Below, in pieces: positions 63,504-64,000 of a DNA stretch of 64,000 nucleotides (within the stretch, counting starts at the first letter, position 1; the number at the start of each line of letters is the position of its first letter). Below the pieces are notes generated by a model. The model searched no databases, was not told where the DNA came from, and saw only the letters and a program-made list of their open reading frames with translations. The position numbers and the translations under genes are program-made. This DNA comes from an uncultured Planctomycetota bacterium (GTDB lineage: Bacteria; Planctomycetota; Planctomycetia; Pirellulales; Lacipirellulaceae). The stretch is from assembly GCA_963719315.1 (NCBI GenBank), contig CAVRBU010000001.1, positions 96,001 through 160,000 of the forward strand. The letters are read 5' to 3'.

Positions 63504-64000
<497 letters not shown>

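Overview
GC-rich Planctomycetota (Pirellulales/Lacipirellulaceae-like) chromosomal window, judged from the planctomycete extracellular leaders, PEP-CTERM/dockerin proteins, TIGR02999-type ECF-kinase pair and BBP7-like barrel. Housekeeping genes include aroK, aroDE, mutL, an NtrC-type two-component pair, pnp, rpsO, a desaturase, aroF, gdhA, ltaE, hisD and hisC, plus three large secreted metalloprotease-like proteins. The main discovery is a 12.67-kb, visibly lower-GC element (23864-36530) integrated inside comEC between perfect 18-bp direct repeats; excision restores an in-frame 872-aa ComEC. The element encodes three serine recombinases, Mrr with a coupled HNH-like gene, and a terminase without any recognisable capsid or portal gene. 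The att core lies inside the integrase ORF, so excision swaps its C-terminus to a degron-like ...DSLAVA and joins it to an unannotated small basic ORF. The second highlight is an unannotated Phe/Trp/Tyr-rich leader-peptide attenuator upstream of aroF, with a heptamer-flanked four-helix-bundle gene between them. Palindromic and 7-9-mer repeats are abundant, and some are translated in frame inside proteins. Scattered frameshifts suggest indel errors in the assembly and/or decay.
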